Below are positions 21,071 through 30,431 of a DNA stretch of 64,000 nucleotides, piece by piece. The position numbers and the translations under genes are program-made. The stretch lies in contig CABYOB010000003.1 in the NCBI GenBank assembly GCA_902520385.1, positions 2,845 to 66,844 of the forward strand. Direction: 5' to 3'. This DNA is from an uncultured Bacteroidota bacterium (GTDB lineage Bacteria; Bacteroidota; Bacteroidia; Flavobacteriales; TMED113). The notes below the pieces were generated by a model that was not told the DNA's origin, ran no database searches, and worked only from the letters and a program-made list of their open reading frames with translations. Numbering within the stretch: position 1 is the stretch's first letter; each line of letters starts with the position of its first letter.

Positions 21071-21568
21071 ATGAAAAACTATATATGTATATTTTTTATT
21101 AGTATTATTTTCTTGGGTTCTTCTCAAGAAGGCATCAATATAGATCCGCGTGTTGTTACTGGTTGTGGTGGCTCTTTGCAGGGTTATTCTATGGTGAGTT
21201 TAAAATCAGATTTTACTTTAGGGGAAATTGCCATAGAGACAATTTTTTCTGAAAATTTCATGTTAACACAAGGTTTTCATCAACCTAATTTGGGTATTAT
21301 CTCACTTGATGAAGATTTGTATACCAAGATTAGTGTGTATCCAAATCCAACTGTGGATATTTTAAATTTGGAACTACTTGGGTTTGAGGGGCAGTATGTT
21401 CAGGTCCAGATTTTGGATTTATCAGGAAAGATAATTTATTCAGAACTAGTTTCAACCAACACAAAAAAACATCAAATAAAAACAAATATTTTAAATTTAG
21501 GATCTTATGTTTTAGAGGTAATAGGCGAACAACAAAAAGATATATTTAAAATTCAAAAATTAAAATAA
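21071..21568 (+). CDS. small secreted protein with canonical T9SS type A C-terminal sorting domain
   Basis: Signal peptide, then LTQGFHQP motif. The CTD is [15 protein letters not shown]...LDLSGKIIY...GSYVLEV. Confidence 0.65.
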   Translation: MKNYICIFFISIIFLGSSQEGINIDPRVVTGCGGSLQGYSMVSLKSDFTLGEIAIETIFSENFMLTQGFHQPNLGIISLDEDLYTKISVYPNPTVDILNLELLGFEGQYVQVQILDLSGKIIYSELVSTNTKKHQIKTNILNLGSYVLEVIGEQQKDIFKIQKLK

Positions 21569-21575
21569 TAAGCAG

Positions 21576-22556
21576 ATGAAAAAAACATATTTAATTTTAT
21601 TAGGCGCATTCATGTTTTCAACAATATGTGTATCACAGGCGCCGCATACATTTTCTTATCAAACAGTTATAAGAGATGTAAACTGGGGAATTATGCCAGA
21701 TAGAGATGTTAGTGTTTTAATTAGGATTTTAGAGGATTCTAGTGTTGGGGCAGTTATTTATTCAGAAGAACATTTTGTTAGCACATCACCAATTGGTTTG
21801 GTTAGTTTAGAGATTGGGGGTGGCGTTAATTATAGCGGATCATTTGAAAATATTGATTGGGGAAATCATTTTTATTTTCTAGAAGTTTCAGTAGATATTA
21901 ATGCAGGTAATAATTATTTATTAATGGGAAGCACTCAGTTAAAAAGTGTCCCATATGCATTATTTGCTGAAACAAGTGCGAATCCAGGAAACCCTGGCCC
22001 TCAAGGTGAACAGGGCGCACAGGGCCCTGTTGGAGCACAAGGTTTACAAGGCCCTCAAGGAAATCCTGGCCCGCAAGGCCCTCAAGGGCCCGTTGGTATA
22101 GGAATTGAGGGTCCAGAGGGCCCCTCGGGAGCTGATGGTATAGACGGAATCTCTATACAACAAGTGGAAATAGTAAATGGTGAATTAATTGTAACTTTTT
22201 CAAATGGTGATATTCAACCACCAATACCTATTGATATACCCAGCCCATCTACAATATTAGAATCAACTCAGTATAGTTTAAATTTTAATTCAGTTTTTAC
22301 TAATCAATTGGAGTTAGAAATTTTAGACCCAGTAATTTTGAGTTACTACATACAATTAGGAATTTATCAAAAGGTATTTGATCAACTAGGCGCTCAAATA
22401 GGAGAAAGTTATACGCCTCAAAATGCTGAAACTATAACTAATTTATTACCTGCTGGCGGCCCCTCTTTAATTTCAGGTGAATTATATACGTTTCAGCTAA
22501 GTTTTATGACTTCTGGTGGCTTAATGATTATAAATCATACACTATTAGCTCCATAA
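21576..22556 (+). CDS. collagen-like (Gly-X-Y) repeat protein
   Basis: The N-domain runs FSYQTVIRD...SVPYALFA. It is followed by about 55 aa of uninterrupted GXY triplets ([37 protein letters not shown]...). Confidence 0.75.
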   Translation: MKKTYLILLGAFMFSTICVSQAPHTFSYQTVIRDVNWGIMPDRDVSVLIRILEDSSVGAVIYSEEHFVSTSPIGLVSLEIGGGVNYSGSFENIDWGNHFYFLEVSVDINAGNNYLLMGSTQLKSVPYALFAETSANPGNPGPQGEQGAQGPVGAQGLQGPQGNPGPQGPQGPVGIGIEGPEGPSGADGIDGISIQQVEIVNGELIVTFSNGDIQPPIPIDIPSPSTILESTQYSLNFNSVFTNQLELEILDPVILSYYIQLGIYQKVFDQLGAQIGESYTPQNAETITNLLPAGGPSLISGELYTFQLSFMTSGGLMIINHTLLAP

Positions 22557-22558
22557 TT

Positions 22559-22780
22559 ATGGATTATAAATTTCTAGTAACTGTTGGTTTTTTCGAATTA
22601 TATAAAGTAGAATCATTATTAAGAACTAACGGAGTAAGGCTAAAAATACAAGATTTATATAATTCTAATTTAAATGCTGGCTGGGTAGATCCTTTTTGTA
22701 ATAGCAATGAAAGAACAATATTAGTTTTAGCAAAAGATTTTCATTTAGCAAAAAAAATTTTAGACAACCTGTATAATTGA
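22559..22780 (+). CDS. DUF2007-like small protein
   Basis: 73-aa ORF starting 3 nt after the collagen-like gene. Its size and pattern resemble the putative signal-transducing DUF2007 family. Confidence 0.35.
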   Translation: MDYKFLVTVGFFELYKVESLLRTNGVRLKIQDLYNSNLNAGWVDPFCNSNERTILVLAKDFHLAKKILDNLYN

Positions 22781-22808
22781 AAATATTTTTTATAAAAATT
22801 TTATATGT

Positions 22809-23288
22809 TTAATTTCTACTTATTTTAAATCCAATTTTCTTTCTTTCTACTTTTTGAGCAGCTTCTTTAATTTCTTGCTTAGAGCACGCTGAGACCCTTA
22901 AGCTTAAACCAAAATGGAAGGATAAAAGGTCATGGTATTTTTTTTCAATTTCAGAAAAACCACCATCACTTCTTGCAATTTCTCTAATATTAAGAAGTAT
23001 AAATTCTTTTTGAATTAATGAAAAAGTGCTTTCTTTATTTAAGTAATCTACCATGGAAACCATTGTGTTTAAACTTTCATGTTGAGATAATTTCGTTTCT
23101 TGAATCCAATCCATTGTTTCTGAAATAATAGCCTCACTAGTTTTTACATCTTTTGTCCACTCATTGAGATATGTAATAATTTTGTGTATTTGTGAATTAT
23201 TGTGGTTTTCATCGGTATTTTTAGTAAATGAATAATATATAAAATAAAGGCAGTGAAGAGGGCCTAGTTCTTTTTTTGTGTCTTGCAT
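22809..23288 (-). CDS. TerB-like domain protein
   Basis: REIARSDGGFSEIEKKYHDLL resembles the TerB/DjlA N-domain repeat. The call is tentative. Confidence 0.35.
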   Translation of the reverse strand: MQDTKKELGPLHCLYFIYYSFTKNTDENHNNSQIHKIITYLNEWTKDVKTSEAIISETMDWIQETKLSQHESLNTMVSMVDYLNKESTFSLIQKEFILLNIREIARSDGGFSEIEKKYHDLLSFHFGLSLRVSACSKQEIKEAAQKVERKKIGFKISRN

Positions 23289-23375
23289 ATTTAATTATAA
23301 TTACATTATAAATTTATAACAAAACACGTAATAATTATGTATCTTTGGGTTATAATATAAATACTAATACTTACA

Positions 23376-23570
23376 ATGAAAAAAGGAACAGTAAAGTTTT
23401 TTGATGACGACAAACGATATGGATTTATCCAAGAAGATGGCTCTGAAAAAGAACATTTCGTACATGCAACAGGATGTGTAGACAGGATAGCAAAAGGAGA
23501 TATAGTGGAGTTTGAGTTAGCAGAAGGTCAAAAGGGCATAAATGCAGTAAATGTTAAGATAGCCCAGTAA
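23376..23570 (+). CDS. cold-shock protein (CspA family)
   Basis: MKKGTVKFFDDDKRYGFI...FVH carries the RNP1/RNP2 motifs. 64 aa. Confidence 0.9.
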   Translation: MKKGTVKFFDDDKRYGFIQEDGSEKEHFVHATGCVDRIAKGDIVEFELAEGQKGINAVNVKIAQ

Positions 23571-23649
23571 TTCCCAGCCAAACACAATAATATTCTTAAA
23601 CTTTATTATATTCAATTTACAGTTGTTGTAATAAAGTAATGAAATTCCT

Positions 23650-24132
23650 ATGCCAGAAATAAAAATAAATTTTGATGAAATATTAGATAGAAATTTATTA
23701 TCTAGTGAAGAATTAGAGTTATTAAATAAAGCAGAAGAGATATTAAAAAAAGCATATGCGCCATATTCTAAATTTGATGTTGGAGCGAGTGTATTATTAG
23801 AAGATGGATCTTATGTTTGTGGAAATAATCAAGAAAATGCATCTTTTCCTTGTGGTATTTGTGCGGAGCGAGTGGCTTTATTTGCTACTAAAGCAAATAA
23901 CCCTCAGTTAAAAATTAAAAAAATCGCTATTACTACTAAATCAGAGCAGTTTAACACAGAAAACCCTATAGCTCCTTGTGGAATGTGTAGGCAGGTTTTA
24001 TTGGAGTGTGAAGAGCAACAGAAAGAACCACTAGAAGTTTTGTTATTCAATGAAACAAAAATTTTAAAATTTAAACAAGCTAAAGATTTATTACCTTTAC
24101 ACTTTAGTGGTGATAGACTAAAAAGAAAATAA
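23650..24132 (+). CDS. cdd: cytidine deaminase
   Basis: Zinc motifs CAERVAL and PCGMCRQ are present. Confidence 0.85.
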   Translation: MPEIKINFDEILDRNLLSSEELELLNKAEEILKKAYAPYSKFDVGASVLLEDGSYVCGNNQENASFPCGICAERVALFATKANNPQLKIKKIAITTKSEQFNTENPIAPCGMCRQVLLECEEQQKEPLEVLLFNETKILKFKQAKDLLPLHFSGDRLKRK

Positions 24133-24203
24133 CCTAACGTTATTTACCCTAACGCAAAATTATCGTTAAAAACACACCACAAATCCGTTAAAAAATTATT
24201 AAG

Positions 24204-25316
24204 ATGAAAAATTTGCTACTTATTTTGTTAATACCTGTTTTAAATTTGTCACAAACCCTTTTGGTACCAGATATTAACTTCGAAAACAAGCTGATTGAGC
24301 TAGGTTTAGATAATGTACTTGATGGGCAAGTTGCATATAACATTGAGGTTGAGGAGTTAGATTTATCAGAGTCTTATATTCAAGATCTTACAGGAATAGA
24401 GGCCTTTCCACATATAGAAGTATTGGACGTTTCCTATAATCTTCTAACCGTTTTAGACCTTGGTTATGTGTTATCTGATGTTTTAGTTTTAAATGTAGAA
24501 ATGAACCCCTTACTTAGTTTTTTGAATCTAGGAAACATTAATACTATTTTGGGACTTAATATTACAGTTACAAATCTAAGTTGTATACAAACACAAAATG
24601 TAGCGACGATGCAGTGGGCCTACAATTCATTTCAATCTTTTTTTGCCACAGAGTGTGGTTGCACAAATCCAGAAGCTGCAAATTATGAGCTTTCTGCAAT
24701 GGGTGATGATGGGTCTTGCATAATATATGGCTGTACAGATATTACAGCGTGTAATTACAATGAAGAAGCGACTAATGAAATTAGTGGACTTTGTGAATAT
24801 TCAGAGGAATATTACGACTGTGATGATGATTGCTTAGTCGATTTAGATGAAGATGGGGTTTGTGATGAGCTTGAGGTTTCAGGTTGTACAGATTCGGAAG
24901 CAGATAATTTTAATTCACTTGCAACAGATGATGATGGATCTTGCTATTATATTATTTATGGTTGCGCAGATGAAATGGCATGTAATTATGATGAATTAGC
25001 AAATGAAGATTTGGGAGGTTTTTTATGTGATTATCCAGAAGAATTTTATGATTGTAATGGAGATTGCTTATTGGATACAGATTTAGATAATGTGTGTGAT
25101 GAGTTAGATAATTGCCCAGAGAATTATAATCCTTTTCAAGAAGATTTTAATTTTGATGATGTTGGTGATGCTTGTGACGGACTCTCTTTAAATGAAGCCC
25201 AACAAAAAAGAAAATTAGTTAGAATAACAGATATTTTAGGAAGAGGTATACAAGAAGATGGTAAACAAAAAATTAGATTGTATATTTATGATGATGGTTG
25301 GGTAGAGAGAAAATAA
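24204..25316 (+). CDS. secreted leucine-rich-repeat / thrombospondin type-3-like repeat protein with short C-terminal tag
   Basis: Signal peptide ends ...LSQ. It has LRRs (LDLSESYIQDLTGIEAF..LDVSYNLLTVLDL), Cys-rich D-rich repeats and DNCPENYNPFQEDFNFDDVGDACD. The tail is LVRITDILGR...IYDDGWVERK. Confidence 0.6.
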   Translation: MKNLLLILLIPVLNLSQTLLVPDINFENKLIELGLDNVLDGQVAYNIEVEELDLSESYIQDLTGIEAFPHIEVLDVSYNLLTVLDLGYVLSDVLVLNVEMNPLLSFLNLGNINTILGLNITVTNLSCIQTQNVATMQWAYNSFQSFFATECGCTNPEAANYELSAMGDDGSCIIYGCTDITACNYNEEATNEISGLCEYSEEYYDCDDDCLVDLDEDGVCDELEVSGCTDSEADNFNSLATDDDGSCYYIIYGCADEMACNYDELANEDLGGFLCDYPEEFYDCNGDCLLDTDLDNVCDELDNCPENYNPFQEDFNFDDVGDACDGLSLNEAQQKRKLVRITDILGRGIQEDGKQKIRLYIYDDGWVERK

Positions 25317-25332
25317 AGATATTAAAATAAAG

Positions 25333-25497
25333 CCTGCATAAAGGTAACGCTTGAGAAATTAACACTTATTTAAATTGGCGTGTATGTTTGTAGTAGCTAG
25401 GGCGGGTCTGGTTTTCGAAAGGAAATTGCAGAATTACCGAATTAATACAACTGTGCCACAAATGTTTTATTGGAATTTCTCCAAGCCTTTATGCGGG
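25333..25497. ncRNA. candidate structured small RNA (long imperfect hairpin, 6S-like architecture); identity unknown
   Basis: GC-enriched patch in a 197-bp intergenic gap. The termini pair over about 25 bp (CCTGCATAAAGG..GCTTGAGAAATT with AATTTCTCCAAGC CTTTATGCGGG) around an internal loop/hairpin with a TTTTC-GAAA-GGAAA tetraloop stem. T-runs follow on both strands. Confidence 0.4.
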
Positions 25498-25513
25498 TTT
25501 TTAAATGAATAAT

Positions 25514-25774
25514 TTAGTTATTCATTTTTTCTTTAAGGCATTTTTCAAATTCTTTTTTAAATATATCATCCAGTTCAATTTTAGAATTACACGGAGCCAA
25601 TCTTTCCTCCATTTGCTTATAAAGTTTTTTGCCTTCTTCTTGAGATATATTTGTGTTTTTAAAAGTTTCTGATATGGCATCAACGGTCATTTGAGCACAG
25701 TCGCATGCAGACATATCACCGGCACAAGAGCCTAACAAAAAAATAAAAACAGGTATTAGTAGCATATTTTTCAT
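25514..25774 (-). CDS. small lipoprotein (CDCA-motif family), paralog 1
   Basis: Lipobox LLGSC, then SACDCAQMTVD. It is a paralog of the adjacent gene. Confidence 0.5.
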   Translation of the reverse strand: MKNMLLIPVFIFLLGSCAGDMSACDCAQMTVDAISETFKNTNISQEEGKKLYKQMEERLAPCNSKIELDDIFKKEFEKCLKEKMNN

Positions 25775-25802
25775 GATAAAAATTTAATGTTATTGGATTT
25801 CT

Positions 25803-26090
25803 TTATTGATTTTTTTCAAGTTCTTTTTCATTTTCAGATTGAAATAAATTCAACAAACAATCTTGAACTTTTTTTTCAAACCCCCCATCTTTTTCAATTT
25901 CTTCTTTACAAGGGGTTAATTTTTTTTCCCATTCAGCCTCAATTTCATTTTGCTCCTCTGTAGTTTTGGTTAAAGTTTCCATTTTGCTTTCAATTCGATC
26001 CTTTGCCATTTTTGCGCAATCACAAGCGCTAGGTCCGGATTGTCCACAAGACACAAGAAGCAATGTTGTTACAAGTAATATTTTTTTCAT
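25803..26090 (-). CDS. small lipoprotein (CDCA-motif family), paralog 2
   Basis: Probable start MKKILLV, with lipobox LVSC and then SACDCAKMAKD. The track ORF extends to 26111. Confidence 0.5.
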   Translation of the reverse strand: MKKILLVTTLLLVSCGQSGPSACDCAKMAKDRIESKMETLTKTTEEQNEIEAEWEKKLTPCKEEIEKDGGFEKKVQDCLLNLFQSENEKELEKNQ

Positions 26091-26137
26091 GCTATTTAAT
26101 TTAATCATCATTTAAGATAAAGATAAGAATTCAATAC

Positions 26138-26410
26138 TTATTTAAAGTATTTGTGGTCAATATAAAAAGTTCCAAAAGGAATAATTGATGCTAAAAGAAT
26201 CAAAGTCAATTTTTTAATGTGCCATTTGAATTTATAGTGGAGAATTAAAGCTGCGAATATATATATTAAAAACAAAATACCATGGGGCATTCCAAGAAGC
26301 TTTACATAAAAACTATTTTTCAAAATATATTTAATTGGAACAGCAATAAATAATAATAATATATAAGAGGAGCCTTCTAAAAAGCTAATAATTCGAAACA
26401 ATTTCACCAT
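26138..26410 (-). CDS. DUF3817-like membrane protein
   Basis: 90 aa with three TM helices. The N-terminal pattern LFRIISFLEGSSYILLLFIAVPIKY matches. Confidence 0.55.
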   Translation of the reverse strand: MVKLFRIISFLEGSSYILLLFIAVPIKYILKNSFYVKLLGMPHGILFLIYIFAALILHYKFKWHIKKLTLILLASIIPFGTFYIDHKYFK

Positions 26411-26413
26411 ATT

Positions 26414-27028
26414 TTATACTGATTTCACATATTTAATATGTAAGTGTTTATTTTCATTAAAATACTCAAAAACTAAATCAGTCTTTTTTTGAGGCACCAG
26501 TATTTTTATTTTACAATCTAAATTAAATTCACTCTTTAAAATAGTTAGTTGCCACTTTTTTATATTTTTCATAACATCGTTTAATGAAGAGAACTTAAAA
26601 AACAAATCATACTCCTCTTGGATGTCTTTTGTAATAATTTTAGTTTTCTTAATTGTATTTAGTGCTGTATTTTTATATGACCGTATTAATCCAGGGATAC
26701 CTAATTTAACCCCCCCAAAATAACGGACAACTACAATTAATATATTTGTTAAACCTGCGGATTTTATTTGACTCAAAATAGGCTTGCCCGCTGTAGAGGA
26801 CGGCTCTCCATCATCAGACACTTTAAATTCTGATTGGTCTATATTTAACACATAGGCATAACAATAATGGTTAGCGGAGCTTTCTTTTTTTTTAATTATT
26901 TCTAGTTTTTCTTTTACTTCTTTTTTTGTTTTAACAATAAAACAATATCCAATAAATTTACTACCCCTTTCTACATAATAGCCCAATGAGTCATGTTCAA
27001 TTTCTTTATACTGACTTTCAAACAACAT
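26414..27028 (-). CDS. yigZ: YigZ/IMPACT family protein
   Basis: GSKFIGY...HYCYAY...DDGEPSSTAGKPIL...VVVRYFGGVKLGIPGLIRSY. Confidence 0.8.
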   Translation of the reverse strand: MLFESQYKEIEHDSLGYYVERGSKFIGYCFIVKTKKEVKEKLEIIKKKESSANHYCYAYVLNIDQSEFKVSDDGEPSSTAGKPILSQIKSAGLTNILIVVVRYFGGVKLGIPGLIRSYKNTALNTIKKTKIITKDIQEEYDLFFKFSSLNDVMKNIKKWQLTILKSEFNLDCKIKILVPQKKTDLVFEYFNENKHLHIKYVKSV

Positions 27029-27498
27029 TATATAATTAATTTATTAATTTGTTTTTTATATAGCTTTCCATTAGTCCAGTCATTTTTTAACTCAGCATTA
27101 TATTTTTTATAAAAATTGATTGCGGGCTGGTTCCAATTTAGAACTTGCCAGGCCATTCCATTTGCATTTATTTTTTTTGTTACCCGAACACATTCTTCAA
27201 AAAGCAATGTTCCTATTCCAAGCTTTCTAAAAGATTTGCTGACAACAAAATCTTCAAGATAAAAAATTTTACCATCCCATGTGGAATAGCGTATGTAATA
27301 AAAAGCCATCCCCACAACTTCAGATTTTATTTCCGCTAGGATGGTCCAGAATAATGGATTTTTATTAAAACCGTCTTTTTCTAAATCTTCTAGAGAAACA
27401 GTAACTTTGTCCAACGCATTTTCATAATGCGCTAACTCTTTAATTAAATTTAGTATAATTGGGGCGTCAGACTTTTTTCCTCTTCTAATTTTAATCAT
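27028..27498 (-). CDS. GNAT family N-acetyltransferase
   Basis: Acetyl-CoA motif FVVSKSFRKLGIGTLLF. The layout resembles diamine acetyltransferases. Confidence 0.8.
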   Translation of the reverse strand: MIKIRRGKKSDAPIILNLIKELAHYENALDKVTVSLEDLEKDGFNKNPLFWTILAEIKSEVVGMAFYYIRYSTWDGKIFYLEDFVVSKSFRKLGIGTLLFEECVRVTKKINANGMAWQVLNWNQPAINFYKKYNAELKNDWTNGKLYKKQINKLII

Positions 27499-27507
27499 AA
27501 ATTTTAA

Positions 27508-28056
27508 TTACCAAGTAGTTTTATCATTAACATTGTTTCTTGAAATATCTCTAATGCTGAATGAGTTAACAATACCTAAATAAAAAAAGCCTAAGCACCT
27601 TTCATCAGTACTTAATTTTAAGAATTCATTTAAATTTTCAGCATACTTGGGTGTACTCCAATATCCACCAATTTCTGAATTGACTATACTTAACCATATA
27701 TTTTGAACAGACATAGATGTTGCAGCTATTTCCTCCCACTCAGGAACTATTGTTTTATGTCTTTTCATGCAAATGCAAATTAGGTGACTTGTTTGCTCAA
27801 AATTCTCAAAAATTTTTTTTTTGAAAGATTCACTAGAATGAGGGTTGGTGTTTATAATAGCATTTGCTAGAGATATTTTTTTGTGGTCGCAGAAAATTTT
27901 AAAAAACCAAGGCTGCGTCATTCGATGACTTGGGGCATGATTAGCATTTTCTAAAATTTCTTTAATAACACTATCTTTAATTCTATTACCATTAAAGTCT
28001 CTAGGATAAGTTGACCTTCTAGACTGTATGATTTTGGAATTTAATTTATTAATCAT
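27508..28056 (-). CDS. nitroreductase family protein
   Basis: RRSTYPRDF...ANHAPSHRMTQPWFF is the typical nitroreductase N-terminus. Confidence 0.75.
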   Translation of the reverse strand: MINKLNSKIIQSRRSTYPRDFNGNRIKDSVIKEILENANHAPSHRMTQPWFFKIFCDHKKISLANAIINTNPHSSESFKKKIFENFEQTSHLICICMKRHKTIVPEWEEIAATSMSVQNIWLSIVNSEIGGYWSTPKYAENLNEFLKLSTDERCLGFFYLGIVNSFSIRDISRNNVNDKTTW

Positions 28057-28057
28057 A

Positions 28058-28465
28058 TCATTTAATAAAGTACCCTACAACTTTCCAGAACCCATCTTTT
28101 TCTTTTAATAGAGTTGCTGTCTCAGTTGCTTTATTTTTTTTATTATAAGAAACATCAAAAGAAATTATATAATAATTTCCGTCTGGCACACCAGGAAGTT
28201 CAGTCGTATAATTAATTGAATTAATTTTTCTGTTTAGGGTTTTTCCTAGAGGAAGTCTACTAGCGTTTAATGTCGCTGACCACCTGTCTTGTTGAATTTG
28301 GCTTTGAAAGTATTTTCCGGCATTATCCCAACTTGCTAAATAATTTCCATTATCAATTTGTTCTAACCAAATGATTGCAGATTTAGTAGCTTTTTTTTCT
28401 TCTTTTTTATTTTGAGAAAAAATGAAGGAAGGTAACACTAAGATTATAATAATTAAATTTCTCAT
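28058..28465 (-). CDS. DUF4019-like secreted protein
   Basis: WLEQIDNGNYLASWDNAGKYFQ...W...L...R.PLGK pattern. Confidence 0.5.
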   Translation of the reverse strand: MRNLIIIILVLPSFIFSQNKKEEKKATKSAIIWLEQIDNGNYLASWDNAGKYFQSQIQQDRWSATLNASRLPLGKTLNRKINSINYTTELPGVPDGNYYIISFDVSYNKKNKATETATLLKEKDGFWKVVGYFIK

Positions 28466-30429
28466 AGTTTATAGTATTTTTTAACTGTTCCGTCGTTATA
28501 TATTTCAATATAGAATCTACTTTTTGTTGTTTTTCTTCCTAATAAATCAATTTTTTTTAACAATATTTTATTATTAATTTCATCTTCCTTAATTGAAATT
28601 TCTTCTAGTTCAAGTCTAATATTATCAAGATATAAATAATTTCCATTTTCGCCTGTAAACTCAAATTTAATTTTCACACTTGGGCTGCCAGACCAAGGGT
28701 TTAAATTAACATACTCTTCTTCCCATTGACTATTATTTGGAAGAAAAACACCCGATATATTAGAGCCCCCATTAGTAACTAAATCATCAGTTGTTAAATC
28801 TTTTCGTTCTGTCCAAGATAATCCACAGTCATCAGATACAAGTATTCTTAGTAAGTCATCACTTTGACTATTTCGCTTAGCATATGCATAGTCAAAATAT
28901 AGACGAACAGGTGTTTGATAATTACTTAAATTTATAAAAGGAGAATAAAGGTTATGTTCATTTTCGCCCGAGAAAAAGCGACTACGAATTCTCATAGAAG
29001 CAATACCATTACTTGCCGCTGTTTCAGTTCTATTCCACGTGTTTTCAGTTATTTGTTCTAAAATTTCCCAATCACTTAAGGGGTCAGACGTTATAGGGAA
29101 TTCATTAGATTCAAAACTTTCGGTAATAGATGATAAAATAGGATTACTATCAAATACTGAAATAAAATTATTTATAGTTTGGTATGCCGTGCCCGCTTCA
29201 TTTGAAACACTTAAGGACACATTAAATGATCCAGAACTACTATACGTCACAATTGGATTTTCATCATATGAGTTTGAGGGCTCACCTCCGGGAAAAGACC
29301 AATAGTAAGTAGGATTTTCACCACTGTTATATGAATTATTAATAAATTGCACTTCACTATTTATACAGGAACTTCCGTTGGGTATATAAAAATCTACTGT
29401 GGCCAAACATTCTTCTTCTTGATAATTAGGATGTGTTCCTGTTGCCCAAAGATTATTTTCTTGCCAAAGATCTACTCTATCGCCAACGCTAGAGTTTAAA
29501 GCCGCTTGCATTCTGGCAACCTGACCTTGGGTGAACATTGCCGTGCAACTAGAATAATCCATTATGTTTTGCACATTATCCAAAGATCCGCAGGTTGATG
29601 AGGATAGATTACAAGAACTGTATGAACCTATACAATTTGGCGTGTCAGCTACAAAATCATCTTCATTACAATTTGAAGCTAATCCAACATCTGCCCATTC
29701 TGCCCAGGTGTGTTCTAAATTAAAAAAATGACCACATTCGTGAGATAAAGTATGTCTTACATAATTACTATTACTTCCCGTTCCAATACTGCCCACATAT
29801 TCATGATTTGCAATAATTCCGTGTCTAAAATTTGGCCCACCAGTAGATGGTAAATATGTATAAGCAGCGGCTCCAATATTACCATCAATGCTTTTAACAA
29901 CCCAAATATTTAAATAGGAAGAGTCATCCCAAAAAACAATTTGCTTTGCATCATCGTTAGCTGACCCTGTTCCTTCCCAGTATGTTCGTGTAATTCCTTC
30001 AGTACAATTTCCATTTGGATCTATTTTAGCTAATTTATATGTTACATTTGGATTTCCTATGATACTTTGAAAATCTCCTATAACGTTATTTAAATCTGTA
30101 CTAGTGCCTTGAAAATCTTCGTTCATTAGTCTAATTGCATCTTCAACCTGATCTTTAGAAATATTTTCGTTTACACCAACTGGATTACCTTCATGAAGAA
30201 TATGAAAAACAACAGGAATGATTTTTTCTGACTCACCATATCTTTTATTAATGTTAAATATATTAGTGATAGAATCAAGCTTTTGTTTATTTTTTAGAAA
30301 AAATTCAGGGTTTTTATCAAATTCTTTTTTTGTCATAATGTGAGTTGCGCATGGTAACGTATTAACTTGAGCGTTAATATTTATAACAATTGTGGAAAAT
30401 AAAATCAGAAATAAGATCAATTTTTTCAT
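28462..30429 (-). CDS. secreted M43 (pappalysin/cytophagalysin-type) zinc metalloprotease with PKD domain and short C-terminal tag
   Basis: Zinc site HECGHFFNLEHTW plus NVQNIMDYS, and a PKD-like YYWSFPGGEPS. The tail is LLKKIDLLGRKTTKSRFYIEIYNDGTVKKYYKL. Confidence 0.8.
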   Translation of the reverse strand: MKKLILFLILFSTIVININAQVNTLPCATHIMTKKEFDKNPEFFLKNKQKLDSITNIFNINKRYGESEKIIPVVFHILHEGNPVGVNENISKDQVEDAIRLMNEDFQGTSTDLNNVIGDFQSIIGNPNVTYKLAKIDPNGNCTEGITRTYWEGTGSANDDAKQIVFWDDSSYLNIWVVKSIDGNIGAAAYTYLPSTGGPNFRHGIIANHEYVGSIGTGSNSNYVRHTLSHECGHFFNLEHTWAEWADVGLASNCNEDDFVADTPNCIGSYSSCNLSSSTCGSLDNVQNIMDYSSCTAMFTQGQVARMQAALNSSVGDRVDLWQENNLWATGTHPNYQEEECLATVDFYIPNGSSCINSEVQFINNSYNSGENPTYYWSFPGGEPSNSYDENPIVTYSSSGSFNVSLSVSNEAGTAYQTINNFISVFDSNPILSSITESFESNEFPITSDPLSDWEILEQITENTWNRTETAASNGIASMRIRSRFFSGENEHNLYSPFINLSNYQTPVRLYFDYAYAKRNSQSDDLLRILVSDDCGLSWTERKDLTTDDLVTNGGSNISGVFLPNNSQWEEEYVNLNPWSGSPSVKIKFEFTGENGNYLYLDNIRLELEEISIKEDEINNKILLKKIDLLGRKTTKSRFYIEIYNDGTVKKYYKL

Positions 30430-30431
30430 GC

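Noticed and set aside
21970-22140. A sharp GC spike that might indicate foreign DNA.
   Set aside because: It is fully explained by Gly/Pro/Gln codons of the collagen-like GXY repeats.
25333-25497. Possible SRP (4.5S) RNA.
   Set aside because: The conserved domain IV sequence (GGAA tetraloop flanked by AGGUC...GGAAGCAGCC) is not present. Only a loosely similar GAAA stem-loop is found.
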